Shown: positions 1 to 13,658 of the stretch, in pieces
How positions within the stretch are numbered: the stretch's first letter is position 1
How the letters are laid out: each line of letters begins with the position of its first letter
DNA from: Octopus vulgaris
Taxonomy: Eukaryota
Assembly (NCBI GenBank): GCA_951406725.2
Contig: OX597814.1
Location: forward strand, 114,080,001-114,144,000
Reading direction: 5' to 3'
DNA length: 64,000 nucleotides
Notes under the pieces: generated by a model
Seen by the model: the letters and a program-made list of their open reading frames with translations, nothing else
Told to the model about the DNA's origin: nothing
Database searches by the model: none
Made by a program: the position numbers and the translations under genes

Positions 1-811
1 AATAAACCGCCATTGCAATATATGAATTGATAAAACCAACAACATCAACGAACTTTAACGAACAGCAAATACATTTACAAGAGAAACAACAACAATAATA
101 GCAACAACAACAACAAGTAAAACAACAGCAGTGATCAAAACAGCTACAGTAACAAGATGAGTAAACAACAAGAGTAAAAACAGCAAATAGAGCAAATTTT
201 AGAGATGGTAGTTGAAAGGAAATCATTCTATTTAAGTGGGAAATAATTTGGTTTATGAACAAGGATTGTGTTTTAGTATTGTATTTTAGTGGTGAGATGT
301 ACACTTCGATAAGTATTGATTGGTTATTTCCCGAATTACATTATATTGTTTAAATAGCTTTTCAAATTTGTGCATATTTCTTGTGGTATTTTTGTTTATT
401 ATCCAGAGAGAAAAATCACATCAATTTCTCGACCATCCCCTTTTCTCTTATTTCGATTACTCATGCAGGCGCAGGCATGGTAAGAAGTTTGGTTCCCTAC
501 CGCGCAATTCTGGGTTCAGTCCTATTACATAACATTTTGAGCAAGTATCGTCTACTATAGCTCCGGGTCAGCGAAAGCCTTGTGAATGGATTTACTAAAC
601 AAAGACAAATGATAGCCGTCCCATTAACACACACACCACACCCCATCACAAAGCACAATCACTCCGTTGATGAGTCTTTAGTTGACCCTTAAGACCAGCT
701 GCTGACTGACAGGGTTTAAAGCACAAGTGACAGATATTATTCAAGTTTCTTCTATATCTTTGCCTTTCGGAATTTGATTCTGAAGGAATGATTTTTTGTG
801 AACTAACATAA

Positions 812-973
812 GCGTAGGAGTAGCTGTGTGGTAAATAGCTTGCTTACCTACCACATGGTTCCGGGTTCAGAACCACTGCGTGGCACCTTGAGCGTGAGTC
901 TTCTACTATAGCCTCAGGCCGACCAAAGCCTTGAGTGGATTTGATAGACGGAAACTGAAAGAAGCCCGTCGTA

Positions 974-1060
<87 letters not shown>

Positions 1061-1260
1061 ATGTGTTTGTGCCCCACATCGCTTGACAACCGATGCTGGT
1101 GTGTTTACGTCCCCGTAACTTAGCGGTTCGGCAAAAGAGACCGATAGAATAAGTACTAGGCTAACAAAAAATAAGTCCTGGGGTCGATTTGCTCGAACAA
1201 AGGCGGTGCTCCAGCATGGCTGCAGTCAAATGACTGAAACAAGTAAAAGAGTAAAAGAGT
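812..1260 (+). mobile_element. tRNA-derived SINE, family A (internal TA/TG microsatellite, tail GACTGAAACAAGTAAAAGA)
   Basis: A/B-box-like head (TAGCTGTGTGGTAA...GGGTTCAG), CORE-like ACCTTGxGCxAGT, central microsatellite and GTAAAAGA tail; many near-identical copies in the window. Confidence 0.9.
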
Positions 1261-1439
1261 AGCATATGTCTTTGAAGTCCAGATATTGTCTTTCAAGGTT
1301 TGTGACATATGACACAAGCCATAAGAGGGGGTTGATGGTCAAGATTATAACCTACCTGGGCATTTCGATCTTCATGTCACTTCATATGATTCCCGTATTC
1401 TGTTTTAGACAACAGAACACGATTAACCTTAATACATAT

Positions 1440-1660
1440 CCAATATTCACTGCTAATTTCAGTTCCAATTGTTTCTTTGCGACAGGCCCTTTTAAGCTCA
1501 GAATGCTGAATCATATTTTCCTTCCAGGCATTGCAACAAGGCTTAACAACACCTCTCCACTTGTTCCGCTCTAGAACATCAATTTCTCAACGAATTTTGT
1601 TCACATCTAGTTTCTTCAGGTTTTCCTTCACACAGGGCAGAAGAACTCATGTATATTCAA
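1440..1660 (-). mobile_element. Degraded RTE-like LINE ORF2 C-terminal fragment
   Basis: Minus-strand translation EIDVLERNKWRGVVKPCCNAWKENMIQHSELKRACRK resembles the RTE C-terminal DRxxWR region. Confidence 0.45.
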
Positions 1661-1674
1661 CGGCCAACCAACAT

Positions 1675-2156
<482 letters not shown>

Positions 2157-2162
2157 TATGTG

Positions 2163-2194
<32 letters not shown>

Positions 2195-2236
2195 TGTATG
2201 TATGTATGTATGCATGTATGCACCTCTCACTCTCTC

Positions 2237-2340
<104 letters not shown>

Positions 2341-2436
2341 TAATCCAAACAAGAAAACACAAAAGAACACAACAACGCGAGGACGTGGAACAAATATAGT
2401 ATTATTGAACGGTCAGGAAAGAAGGGAAGAAGGAGG

Positions 2437-2471
2437 GTTTAACGTTTCGAGCGGAGCTCTTCGTCGGAAAC
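2437..2471 (-). ncRNA. Minimal type-I hammerhead ribozyme motif (U4C variant) in a short Penelope-type element (~2336-2550)
   Basis: Minus strand GUUU-CCGACGA-A-GAGC ucc GCUC-GAAA CGU U-AAAC; stems I and II pair; stem III is the palindrome ACGU. Confidence 0.65.
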
Positions 2472-2654
2472 ATAGGAGATGGAAAGATCCAGAGAAGGGA
2501 AGACAGAGGAAAAAAATCGCCAACGGTACACACGAGGTCACATTTCAACTATATATATATATATAGTTGAAATTTATAGAAAAACAAAAGACGAAGACAG
2601 GTGTATCAACAAGAAAAAGTTGTATTAGTTTGACGCTCGGAAAAGTGAAGAAGT

Positions 2655-2690
2655 TTTTTACATTTCGAGCCCACGCTCTTCAACAGAAGA
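2655..2690 (-). ncRNA. Hammerhead-like motif (A6U variant) in a short element (~2565-2735)
   Basis: Minus strand CUGUUGA-A-GAGC gugg GCUC-GAAA ugu A; homologous to 38855-38890. Confidence 0.55.
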
Positions 2691-2941
2691 GAATAAGAGA
2701 AAATTGAGAGAGAATGAAAAAAAAGTTTGTGGATTTATATATGATTGTATGTATATATTTATAGATATTATATATGTGTGTGTATGCGTGTGTGTATATC
2801 TATATTGATATAGATATACAATCGGTTTTGCATCGCGAATAAAAACTCGAAATTTGCCATGTCATTTTGAATAAAGAATAATGTCAAATTGACCTACACC
2901 AGGTCAAATTTGTCATTCTGGTTTAAAGCAATTAGGAGATG

Positions 2942-2999
<58 letters not shown>

Positions 3000-4117
3000 C
3001 ATATACATATATATATATATATATATATATCGGACAAACATATATACATATATATACATATATATATATACATATCGGACAAACGTCAGTTCTCATCTAA
3101 GCACCAAGCCGTTAAATGTGATATATAATTGTAGCTTTGCGATGCGAAAGCTGACAATATCCACAAGCAAATGTTATATATAGTCATATATACATCACAT
3201 ATATTACATAGACACTCTGCCACACACACACCCTCATACACACACAAACGCACACGCGCTCACACACACACACATTTGTGGTTCCGTGCATGGAATACGT
3301 TAGTTTATAGACTAACAAATACAAGCTATTATATATGTGATTGCATGTTTGTGTGTATGTATGTAAGTATGTATGGATATATATATATTTAATCAGCCGA
3401 AATTACTACGATGATCCGGTTCTTGACTGAAGACTGAGGGTTTCGAATGTCCTGTCCGTGTTTATTGTATCGTCTTCTAAGAGTTATACGTTCTTGTCCA
3501 TGTTGTATTTTTCTACATACCTTAATATATATATATATATCTATATCTATTTAAATATGGAGCACACACATACAGATATACGTACATAGATACAGATATA
3601 GATACATATCTCACAGATACATAGATACCAATATACATGCGTACATACATACAATACATGCAAAAAGTATATACATATATATGCAATACATGCGTACGTG
3701 CATACATACATACATACATACATACATACATACATACATACATACATACATACATACATACATACATACATACATACATACATACATGCATACATGCATA
3801 CAGGTAGGCAGGCAGTTGAGAAGAAATAAGCGTAATTAATGCCAATGCACAAGAGACGGTTTGCAGATGTTCTAACGGAATCTATTTATTTCAAGGAATA
3901 CCATTTTGATATTTCGAAGAAAACTGCTCAAAAAAGATTGTTGCAATATTCTATATGATATAAGGCTACAACTAATCGATACAATTCATTAATGAGACAG
4001 TATATTCATCAATGTTGAGCATTAATACGCGATGTATCAAAGAGATATATGGAGAATTGATGACAAGATACTGGTGGTCTCAGCAGAAAAAAAAAAAACA
4101 GATGTTATGCGTGCTAT

Positions 4118-4553
4118 ATTCTTTATTCTTTTATTTTTTACTTGTTTCAGTCACTTGACTGCAGCCATGCTGGAGCACCGCCTTTAGTCGAGCAAATCGA
4201 CCCCAGGACTTATTCTTTGTAACCCTAGTACTTATTCTGTCGGTCTCTTTTGCCGAATCGCTAAGTTACTGGGAAGTAAACACACCAGCATCGGTTGTCA
4301 AGCGATGTTCGGGAGGTGGGGAACACAAACATACAAACATATACACGCACATCCATACATATATATATATATTTATATATACATATATTCGACGGGCTTC
4401 TTTCAGTTTCCGTCTACCAAATCCACTCACAAGGTTTTGGTTGACCCGAGGCTATAGTAGAAGACACTTGTCGAAGGTGCCAGCCAATGGGACTGAATCC
4501 GGAACCATGTGATTGGTAAGCAAGCTACTTACCACACAGCCACTCCTGCGCCT
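4118..4553 (-). mobile_element. SINE family A
   Basis: Reverse complement of 812-1260. Confidence 0.9.
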
Positions 4554-4654
4554 ATATGTGCTCGTATTGCGCGCACGCGTGTGTGTACATACATACATAC
4601 ATACATACATGCATGCATGCGCAGATACATACATGCACACATACATACACGCAT

Positions 4655-4693
<39 letters not shown>

Positions 4694-4741
4694 TATATAT
4701 ATATGTACATATATATATCTGTACATATATATATATATATG

Positions 4742-4792
<51 letters not shown>

Positions 4793-4976
4793 ATATATTT
4801 TTAGCACAAGGCATGAGGATACGAAACAAGCATCAACCTGTTTAGAAATAGGAGCTAAATTCCTAATTTAACCACCGGAAGGCACCAAATAACAGAAAAA
4901 GCAACAGTTGGCGTGGAAACGAATAAAGAATTAAGACATTAAAAAAGCATATCTTTAAAGAGTATGCCATTCATAT

Positions 4977-5035
4977 ACTCATATACCATGGTTTCGGATT
5001 CTGGTCCGAGGGCCTCAACCTTCTTCAACATGAGT
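4977..5035 (-). ncRNA. Minimal type-I hammerhead ribozyme motif in an element (~4800-5040) between (TA)n tracts
   Basis: Minus strand ACUCAUG-UUGAAGA-A-GG...CC-GAAA CCAUGG U A-UAUGAGU; 7-bp stem I, palindromic stem III ACCAUGGU. Confidence 0.7.
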
Positions 5036-5037
5036 CG

Positions 5038-5200
<163 letters not shown>

Positions 5201-5447
5201 GTGAGAAAGTTTGTATGTGAAAGCACGTGGTTGGATGTATAAAAGACAAACATGAGTGAAAAAACTACAGAAGACTTGTGTTATATGGTTAAAGTATATA
5301 TTTAAATCGTAATGTAAGAAAAATGTTATAAAATTTTGCGTGTAGTAAGATAGTTTTTGGAGAAATAATCGGTTTCCTATTTTCTTTTCAAATTTCTCAA
5401 ATGTAAACGAATCAACTCTGGTTGCCAAGCGGTGGTTAGGGACAAAC

Positions 5448-5513
<66 letters not shown>

Positions 5514-6374
5514 CGGGTTTCTTTAAGTTTCCGTCTACCAAATCCACTCACAAGTTATATTGATATATATTCACACATACGCACATAGATATGTACATAC
5601 ATTCACAAGGTTTAGCCCAAGGCCAAACTTCCTACACCTTGCACAGCCACGGCTGCGACAAATTCTTAAACTACAAGAAAAATATTTATTTATTGAAGAA
5701 TTTATAACACAACTAAAAGTTAAACAAGAATACGCAACATTCTGGCCTTCGGTAATCTTTAATTCATTGAAATGGTAAGAATAATTTAAATACATTTGAC
5801 TTGTTTGACATAAATTGTTTGTAAATACATCAGAACTGTCTACAAACCATTTTAACTAAAGAGAAAAGTAGAAACTTCTAGAACTAGAATCTTTTTATCC
5901 ATATCCAATCAAATAAACGTCCAATTTCATGCTACGTTTCACCAGAAAAAATTTGCAATTAACACAATTAGTCGAAAATGACGTCATATGCATAGGCAAT
6001 TAACAGATCAATTTTACGTAGATTTGATGGTTTGCCACTCGATGTTTTGAAAAGTTAAGTAATTAACCGAATTGCGCATTTATTGAGAATGCAATTAAGC
6101 GGAATTAACTGTAATATATTTTGCTGAAAAATAATTCGTTAGTTTAGATACAAGAACTTATTATTTCTGAATAAAAGTAAATGTTAAATAAATTTCCATA
6201 TGTTTATATTTAATTATTCAACCAACTTCGATGTCAGGTTGGTGATGTCATGGCTTCTGTAGTTTGATTAATTAAAAAATGAACTGGATTTTCTGTCATT
6301 AACTGAATTAGGTTTTTCTAATTAATTTGAAAATAAATCGGAAATTTTAAGGAAATATTTTCAACAAGGCAGCA

Positions 6375-6445
<71 letters not shown>

Positions 6446-6589
6446 AACTAATAATAATAATAATAATAATAATGATGATAATAAATTTATATATTGAAGA
6501 AAAATATGCTGTCAGTGCGAATTTCCTGACATTACTTCCGGTTCGTTCATTCATTCATGCACTGGGGATTTGATGTATTTTTACACGTG

Positions 6590-6630
<41 letters not shown>

Positions 6631-6750
6631 TGGGGGTGGGGTGAGGGGTAGGCGCATGAGTGTAGTAAATGCAACTATGGTAAAATATATCAAAAATATA
6701 TTTTTACGTAGAGAAAATATCTATCATTAAACTAGATATGCTTTGTAGAG

Positions 6751-6807
<57 letters not shown>

Positions 6808-6855
6808 AAACAAGTCAAGATAGAAAATGCTAAAATAATTTTATAAAGAACATTT

Positions 6856-6893
6856 CAGTACCGGTTTCGGTCATTTTGAGACCTTTTCAACTG
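6856..6893 (-). ncRNA. Hammerhead ribozyme motif with U3:A8 core pair, at the Penelope 3' end
   Basis: Minus strand CAG-UUGAAAA-GGUC ucaaaau GACC-GAAA CCGG U A-CUG. Confidence 0.75.
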
Positions 6894-7268
6894 TAACGAT
6901 TAAATAATTAAATTTAGAAAAATTAAAAGAAAAGTTTTTTTAAAGGAATATTTGTATAGTGTTCAAATATAAGTGGCATTCTGCCTTTCTCTGTCTCCCT
7001 TGTTTGCACTTGTGTGTTCGAGGTCGTTGTGAATTCTTGGTAGGGTAGAAGAAGAAGAAGAAGGTTGATGAGGAGAGGGGGTGGAAAAATTTGGGAGTGC
7101 CTTGATTGTCGTATTTTGAATGGTCAGTGACGGCTAGCAGTTGCAGTTCAATTCAGGAGAATATTTCTATTGAAAGGTTTGTTTATGGAATTTGCGTAGG
7201 TGTTATACTAAAAAGCATTAGAAGGTGGAGCAGAAGAAGAAGAAGAAGAAGAAGAAGAAGAAGAAGAA

Positions 7269-7313
<45 letters not shown>

Positions 7314-7543
7314 AATGACGACGACGACGACGACGATGATGATGATGATAATGATGATGAAGAAGAAGAGGAAGAAGAAGAAAAAAGAGAAGGGAGAATA
7401 TAAATGAGTGGAAGTAGTGAGGTGTTGTATGACTTGAAGTTGGCACGTTATGGATTATAGCTGTGATTGGGGCTGATTTGTAATGGATTCTTTGGAATGT
7501 AATATTTGCGTGTGTATTTCAGTTATTCTAAAGCTGAGGTGTA

Positions 7544-7990
7544 TTAATCGTTTGTCGTAGACCTGTTAAGAAGTGGCCTGTATTTTGTAATAAAGAGAGT
7601 TTCTTTACTTATTCGTTGTCTCGAGGTTGTATCGTCCCTAAATTGGTAGAGGGGGAAAATCCTGAAGCCTGGTGTTTTGTTGGCGCAAGTATCTATATGT
7701 TGGCTGAAAGCTATTTTTCTGTTTTGGGGAATTTTTATCTGGGATCTGTGCAGGGCCATTCTTTTACGCAAACTATTTTTTGTTTGGCCTATGTACTGCT
7801 CTTGACACCCAGAGCAGGTTAGTGTATATATCAGGTTCTCCGAAGCACATGTGAAGTTGCTTTTCACTGTAAACCGTTGTCCCTGTTTGAAGGAGAACTC
7901 TGATCCCTCAATTAGATAATCGCATATCCCGCAATTGGGTCTTCCACATTTTTTTACTGTCGGCTTCTGTGTTGAAGAGTGTATTCGGGC
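7544..7990 (-). pseudogene. Penelope-type GIY-YIG endonuclease, frameshifted from upstream linker ORF 7954-8250
   Basis: FTCASENLIYTLTCSGCQEQYIGQTKNSLRKRMALHRS...HIDTC...KETLFITKYRPLLN: LIY/YIG motifs with the conserved R, E and N. Confidence 0.9.
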
Positions 7991-8255
7991 TTAGGCTGTC
8001 TCTTGCTTTTTATGATCCTGTGTGTTTGGAGGATTGTGTTCATTCTGTGGTCTTTTTTTAGGAGGGGTATGTTGTGGAGGATGGTGCCGAAGGCTTCATT
8101 GTTGAGAGGGTTGTGTGTGGAGATGTATGGTAAGGCTTTTGGTCGTAAGTTTTTCTTTGATTTGGGAGGGAAAGTGAAGTCAACTGCAGTGTAATCTGAG
8201 CTCAGAGTGTAAATAGCCGGAAGAAATACTGCTATTTTTGTCCAAAACATTGATT

Positions 8256-8307
<52 letters not shown>

Positions 8308-9207
8308 CTGCTTTATGGAAATACACGTACTCCTGCCAAAATTCTATCTTTAAGATAGCGTGCTAGCGCTCTCTTATAGCACAATTAATTTGCAACAACG
8401 AACTAAAATGTTTGATTACTTCTATGTACTTTTAATGCGCTGTGTGACAAAATTGTAAGGAAGATTGGACTAAGATAAATTGCCAAACTATTTTATTCTC
8501 CATCATTTAAGTACAAAATTAACTTTCGTAAAAAAAAGAAAAAAAACCCAAAAGAATGCTAAATCAAGCTTTGAAAAGAACAAAAAATAAACGTTCACAG
8601 AAAATGAAATTTCGTATCAGGAAATTTCGTAAAAATGAGGACATCTAACGACGAGTCAAGAGTAAATTGCATCGTGTATTATGATGTTTTGCATATATCT
8701 TGATATTTTGTTTTTATAGAAGCTTTCTACTAAATTTAAATATAGATGCTGCAATGATGAACTAATGAGAACGATTCTACGTGGTCACTCGATCAGCTAC
8801 AAATCTCCGCTAGAACACTCCTTTATTCTCTTGTAAAATGAAAAGACATTTCGGATTATGCAGTTTTGCTTCGATAATTTGGTTTATTGATATTTCCACA
8901 TTAGATGTAAATATTATTGTAAATGCAGAGGAAAGAAAACTCCGAATGAACCGTACTTGTTTTCTTTGTATCGTCTATCTGGATGTTTTGTTATCCCTTT
9001 TTGTATCACCTAACTGTCTGGATGCTTTGCGTTCTTGTCCCATTTTGTAGTTTTATATATATATATATAGTGACGGGAGCTGTTAGGCGGGCAATTTAAG
9101 CTGGTCGTGTACATACGTGCATATATATGTATGTATAGGCATTCGTGTATATGAGTATATCGTGTGTTGTATATATATATATATGTATTTATGTGCTGTC
9201 TGAGTAT

Positions 9208-9266
9208 ATTCCACTGAAGAAGGCAGAGCATCTCTTATGCAAAGCCAGAAATCCAGGATCTGGAAT
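9208..9266 (+). ncRNA. Type-I hammerhead ribozyme motif with canonical core, in an element (~9070-9398) between (TA)n tracts
   Basis: AUUCCA-CUGAAGA-a-GGC aga GCAU cucuu AUGC aaa GCC-a-GAAA UCC a GGA U C-UGGAAU. Confidence 0.8.
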
Positions 9267-9395
9267 TGTTCAGTAAAATTTTTTTGCTAGTTTATTTTGT
9301 CTCTCTGTCTACTCTCCTAGTGCTATATGAACATTTAATGTGGCTTTAGGGTCAGGTTTTGACTGCTATTTCAGCATGGTAGTATCTCTCGGATA

Positions 9396-9443
<48 letters not shown>

Positions 9444-10566
9444 CGTACGTACACTTTGGTCTTTTATATGTAAGTATATATTTATCTAAATCTTGTACGA
9501 CTCTATTCTTTCATTCTATCCGCCCTTTCGCACTTATTTGTTCATTCCATTCTTCGTTCTTTCGTTCCGCCTCTCACATTTCCTTGCCTTCTCTTCTTGC
9601 TCATTTTCCTCCTCTTTCACATCACTGTGTCCCTGTCATTGTTTCTCGCCCCTCCTTAATTCTTCTGTCCCTCTGCCTCTACCTCTCTCTCTCTTCTCTC
9701 CCCACGTGACCAGTGTTTGGCCAAGCCTGATCTTTCTTTCTTGGTTCGGCTGTCGTCCGTGCAACATCTATATTCCTTCCTGTGCCTGTGAAATCTTGCA
9801 TCCCTGCCACACACGCCAGCTTAATTTGATTCGACTTTAGTCGAAAGACACCTGTTGTTATGTCCTGTTATTTGTATTTGTGTAACATTCTCTGTTTTCT
9901 TTTCGTCCTTGTTTTCGTATACATTCGCTGCTCTCTTCCAAGGAATCTAATGCTCTTAGCTTAGTTTTTCCTTGGGGTTGGCCACATTGGAGCAATCTCG
10001 AGTATAACCAGCCGAAATTGCAAATATTATTTCCGCTGCTTTAACGTTTCTGCCAGCTTGCTGCCCTTTAATGATGATGATGATGATGATGATGATGATG
10101 GTGATGAGGATGAGGAGGAGGAGGAGGAGGAGGAGGAGGAGGAGGAGTTGTTTAATATGAGCTAACCTGGGTTAAACAACAACTGCTATTATACCTTGAA
10201 AATTAAAATGGTGTCCGTTCTCAATTGCACAGCATTCATTCAACCAACCACATAATAAATGGCGGTCATAAATGTCTCAAGGAACCATAATTTTTACCTA
10301 TTTTATGTATAATATTGATTTCTATCTCACTAAGGCCATCTCTTTAAGGAGAAGTGTGTTCGGTTGAATCCCTCACTCAAATATGTCTTCGTTATTTATC
10401 TAACTCATTGCAGAATAAAAGTTAAACGGAAATTGCATGAGTTACAGTGGGTAAATTCTCGAGCAAGCAATGTGCAATAGTTAACCCATCATGTCTTTGC
10501 AAAGTCTACGTATCTTTTTCTGGTATTTTTTATATTTTTGTCGAAAATGATTCTTTATCTCAACAT

Positions 10567-10982
10567 AGGCGTAGTAGTGGCTGTGTGGTTAGTAGCTTGC
10601 TTACCAACCACATGGTTCTGGGTTCAGTCCCACAGCGTGGCAACTTGGGCAAGTGTCTTCTACTATAGCCTCGGGCCGACCAAAGCCTTGTGAGTGGATT
10701 TGGTAGACGGAAACTGAAAGAAGCCAGTCGTATATATGCATATATGTATGTGTGTATGTGTGTGTGTATGTGTGTGTGCCTGTGTTTGTCCCCCAACATC
10801 GCTTGACAACCAATGCTGGTGTGTTTACGTCCCCGTAACTTAGCGGTTCGGCAAAAGAGACCGATAGAATAAGTACTAGGCTTACAAAGAATAAGTCCTG
10901 AGGTCGAATTGCTCGACTAGAGGCGGTGCTCCAGCATGGCCGCAGTCATCTGACTGAAACAAGTAAAAGAGTAAAAGAGAGT
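10567..10982 (+). mobile_element. SINE family A
   Basis: Near-identical to 812-1260. Confidence 0.9.
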
Positions 10983-11127
10983 ATAGCTAATTCCGATACT
11001 CGCTAAAGACCAGAGTATCCATCTTGCAACACTAATTACAGTTTTGCCTCCGCAATTCAGGTAGTAATTACCCCAGAGTTTTAGATTAACTAGGTTAGAA
11101 TACCGTTGTGTTTAATATTATTATTAG

Positions 11128-11893
11128 TTCGTCCATCGCTGTCGGCGATGACCAAGGACATCACATGGGAGAAGAAGACGGGGTACGGTGTGTCCGGCTG
11201 TGGTCAATCAGTCCAATGTATGCTCGGAACGCTCTGCCGCAGGTCAAGCACAGGTGGTCAGTTGAGACTGAAAGCGAAGAGTCGCCTCTGGACTTGCCTT
11301 ACAGCCATTCTTTTTGTGCCCTTGCAATTCTTATTTCTTTATTGCCCACAAGGGGCTAAACATAATGAGACAAACAAGGACAGACAAACAGATTAAGTCG
11401 ATTACATCAACCCTAGTGCGTAACTGGTACTTATTTAATCGACCCTGAAAGGATGAAAGGCAAAGTCGACCTCGGCGGAATTTGAACTCAGAACGTAACG
11501 GCAGATGAAATACCGCTAAGTATTTCGCCCGGCGTGCTAACCTTTCTGGCAGCTCGCCGCCTTAAACTATCTAACTCATCGCAGAATAAAAGTTAAACCG
11601 AAACTGTATGAGCTACAGTGGGTAAATTCCCGAGCAAGTAGTGTGCAATATTTAACCCATCATGTCTTTTCAAAGTCTACGTATCTTTTTCTGTTTTTTT
11701 TTTCTTTTTTTTTGTCGAAACTGATTCTTTGTGCCCTTGCAATTCTGTTCTGTTCGTTGAAGGCGGTACCTCAGTTGGTGCAGCTTCGCCAGGTAAGGTG
11801 GACTTGTGCTTGTGTTTCACAGTTATCAGAGTTGATCTCAAAGCTCTTCAATAGCGTTTTGTGTCTTTGAAGCCCTTTTTCTGTACACCTTGC
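11128..11893 (-). mobile_element. RTE LINE 3' end (ORF2 C-terminus with C2H2 finger), interrupted by insertion 11332-11727
   Basis: Minus translation ...LKSFEINSDNCETQAQVHLTWRSC...NEQNRIARAQK...CLTCGRAFRAYIGLIDHSRTH. Confidence 0.8.
11332..11561 (-). mobile_element. tRNA-derived SINE, family B (tail TGTCCTTGTTTGTC...GCCCCTTGTGGGCAATAAAGAAATA)
   Basis: Head GGCGGCGAGCTG..., B box GAGTTCAAATTCC, central GTCGACTTTGCCTTTCATCCTTTC..GGTCGAT..AAGTACCAG domain. Confidence 0.9.
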
Positions 11894-13404
11894 ATTTAAC
11901 ATTTACAGTGTATAAACGACTCTAGGTGTAATATTTTGTAACAAACACACTTCTCAAAGAGACTCTATTGTGTTAAAAACACAGAACTTTGTTCAGAACG
12001 GTAGTGAGTCACTAGACACAAAGCTTCTATCTGATTTGGTCTCCACAGTAACGAATATCCAGAACGTTCTGAGCTAAACCCCAAAATGATTGTTCTGATA
12101 TAGAAATTGGCAAACAGAATATTTGTTGATACGTGTGAATGGAAGTCGGACTAAATGAGATTAATATATGCACTTGAAACAACCTTAGATTAAAATACCT
12201 GTGTGTATTCAAATTCATAATGTGTACACAAATATGGAACGGTAAAGGTGCAATATTTTATCTGAGAAACATTTCATAGAGGCTTTTATGCTCCACGTTT
12301 GTATACAGGTAATAAATTCACATAATAAATGTTTATACACATTGATAGTTCAATTTAAGGCTGTTTCAAGTGCGATTATTTCATTAAGTTGGGGGTTTTA
12401 TTATCAATTTAGGCAAACTGTATTTGCTTCTACAAACAACGCTTATACAAATCAGTTGTTATCTTCAGCCAATTCATATTTTGCGTATTCTTTAATCATG
12501 CATTGTATGTTGTGAGCGTGTGTGTTGTTGTTGTTGTTGCTGCTGCTGTTGTTGTTATTGTTGTTATGTTTTGAGTTGATTCTAAATGTTCAACTAATGT
12601 TTCTATTATTACTAACCACTTTAAAATATTCTGTTATTAATAACATCAAAAATGGCTAAGCAGATTCCATTTTTAAGTTCTGCTAACCCACCGGTAAAAA
12701 CTACCGAGCGACTCTGTACGTTCTGAATTCAAATCCTGTCGTCGTTGGCTTTGCTCTTCATTCTCACAGAATCGGTCACGCAAAGTACCAGTGAAGTACT
12801 GGAACCGATTTAACCAGCTAATCTTATCCGCCAAATCTGTAAGCCTTGTGTCTAGATTAAATGCAATAATACTCGAATTAAGTCTGTCATCACAAGTGTA
12901 GATCTAATTCCAGTTTTCTTCCCCCCTTTTTTTTATTCTATAGGAAAAAAAATGTAAGTATAAATATAAAAAAAACAGGGCATGGCAAAAGTTTTGTCAT
13001 ATTAATTACATGAAGATACCATTACCATCTTCCTGACCACACAAGTACCAAACTAATGTCTTTATAAAATATCTTTCATGTCTTATATGGCCATTCTTAT
13101 GGAACATACCTCCCTTATCTCCTCTGTGTCACATACTCCCTCCACTGCTACCCTAGGGTAGGTCTCGATACATCTCCAACACTATCTATTTCTCTCTCTC
13201 GCCTCTTCACTTTGTCTCTCAATCTTTCTCTTTAACTGTCTCTTTCTCCACCTTTCTTTTCCTACTGAGGTAGCCAAGTATCTCCTCTATAATAAGACAC
13301 CCATCTCTAGTCCTCTATTATACTTTAATCTCTCAACTGGCACAAAGCCATTTCCCTCAGTTTCACGCCCTTCTGCAGCTGAAAGGTCTTCGCCTCAAAA
13401 ATTA

Positions 13405-13624
13405 ATTGGTGACCCTGCTGGTGCCGGTTCCACGTAAAAAGACACCACTGTTGGTGCCACATTAAAAGCACTCAGTAGACCCTGTAAAGTGGTTAGCATT
13501 AGGAAGGGCATCTAGCCGTAAAAACAATGCTAAAGCTCTCCAGCTTGTCAGCTCCTGTCAAACTGTACAACCCATGCCACCTTAGAAGAAGGACGTTAAA
13601 TGATGATGATGAATATAATGATGA

Positions 13625-13640
<16 letters not shown>
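13405..13640 (+). mobile_element. RTE-derived 3' tail element ending GGACGTTAAA(TGA)n
   Basis: Matches the 3' UTR of the RTE at 37826-38466; related copies near 38995, 43060, 55060, 60240 and 63870. Confidence 0.75.

Positions 13641-13658
<18 letters not shown>

Larger units (their letters stand above)
6803..8180 (-). mobile_element. 5'-truncated Penelope-like retroelement (linker, GIY-YIG, 3' region with hammerhead) ending in (TA)n
   Basis: ORF pieces LPYISTHNP..., KCGRPNCGICDY (Cys knuckle) and a GIY-YIG domain; hammerhead motif near the 3' end. Confidence 0.9.

Noticed and set aside
3390-3520. CTGAAGA in a short repeat related to ~9470-10030
   Set aside because: No stem II-GAAA-stem III arrangement.
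7183-7446. Poly-K/poly-M and poly-H ORFs
   Set aside because: Compound trinucleotide microsatellite inside the Penelope 3' region.
8180-8250. Signal-peptide-like MFWTKIAVFLPAIYTLSS in frame with the Penelope linker
   Set aside because: Likely chance read-in from flanking DNA; the ORF frameshifts before the nuclease and no promoter or splice support was seen.
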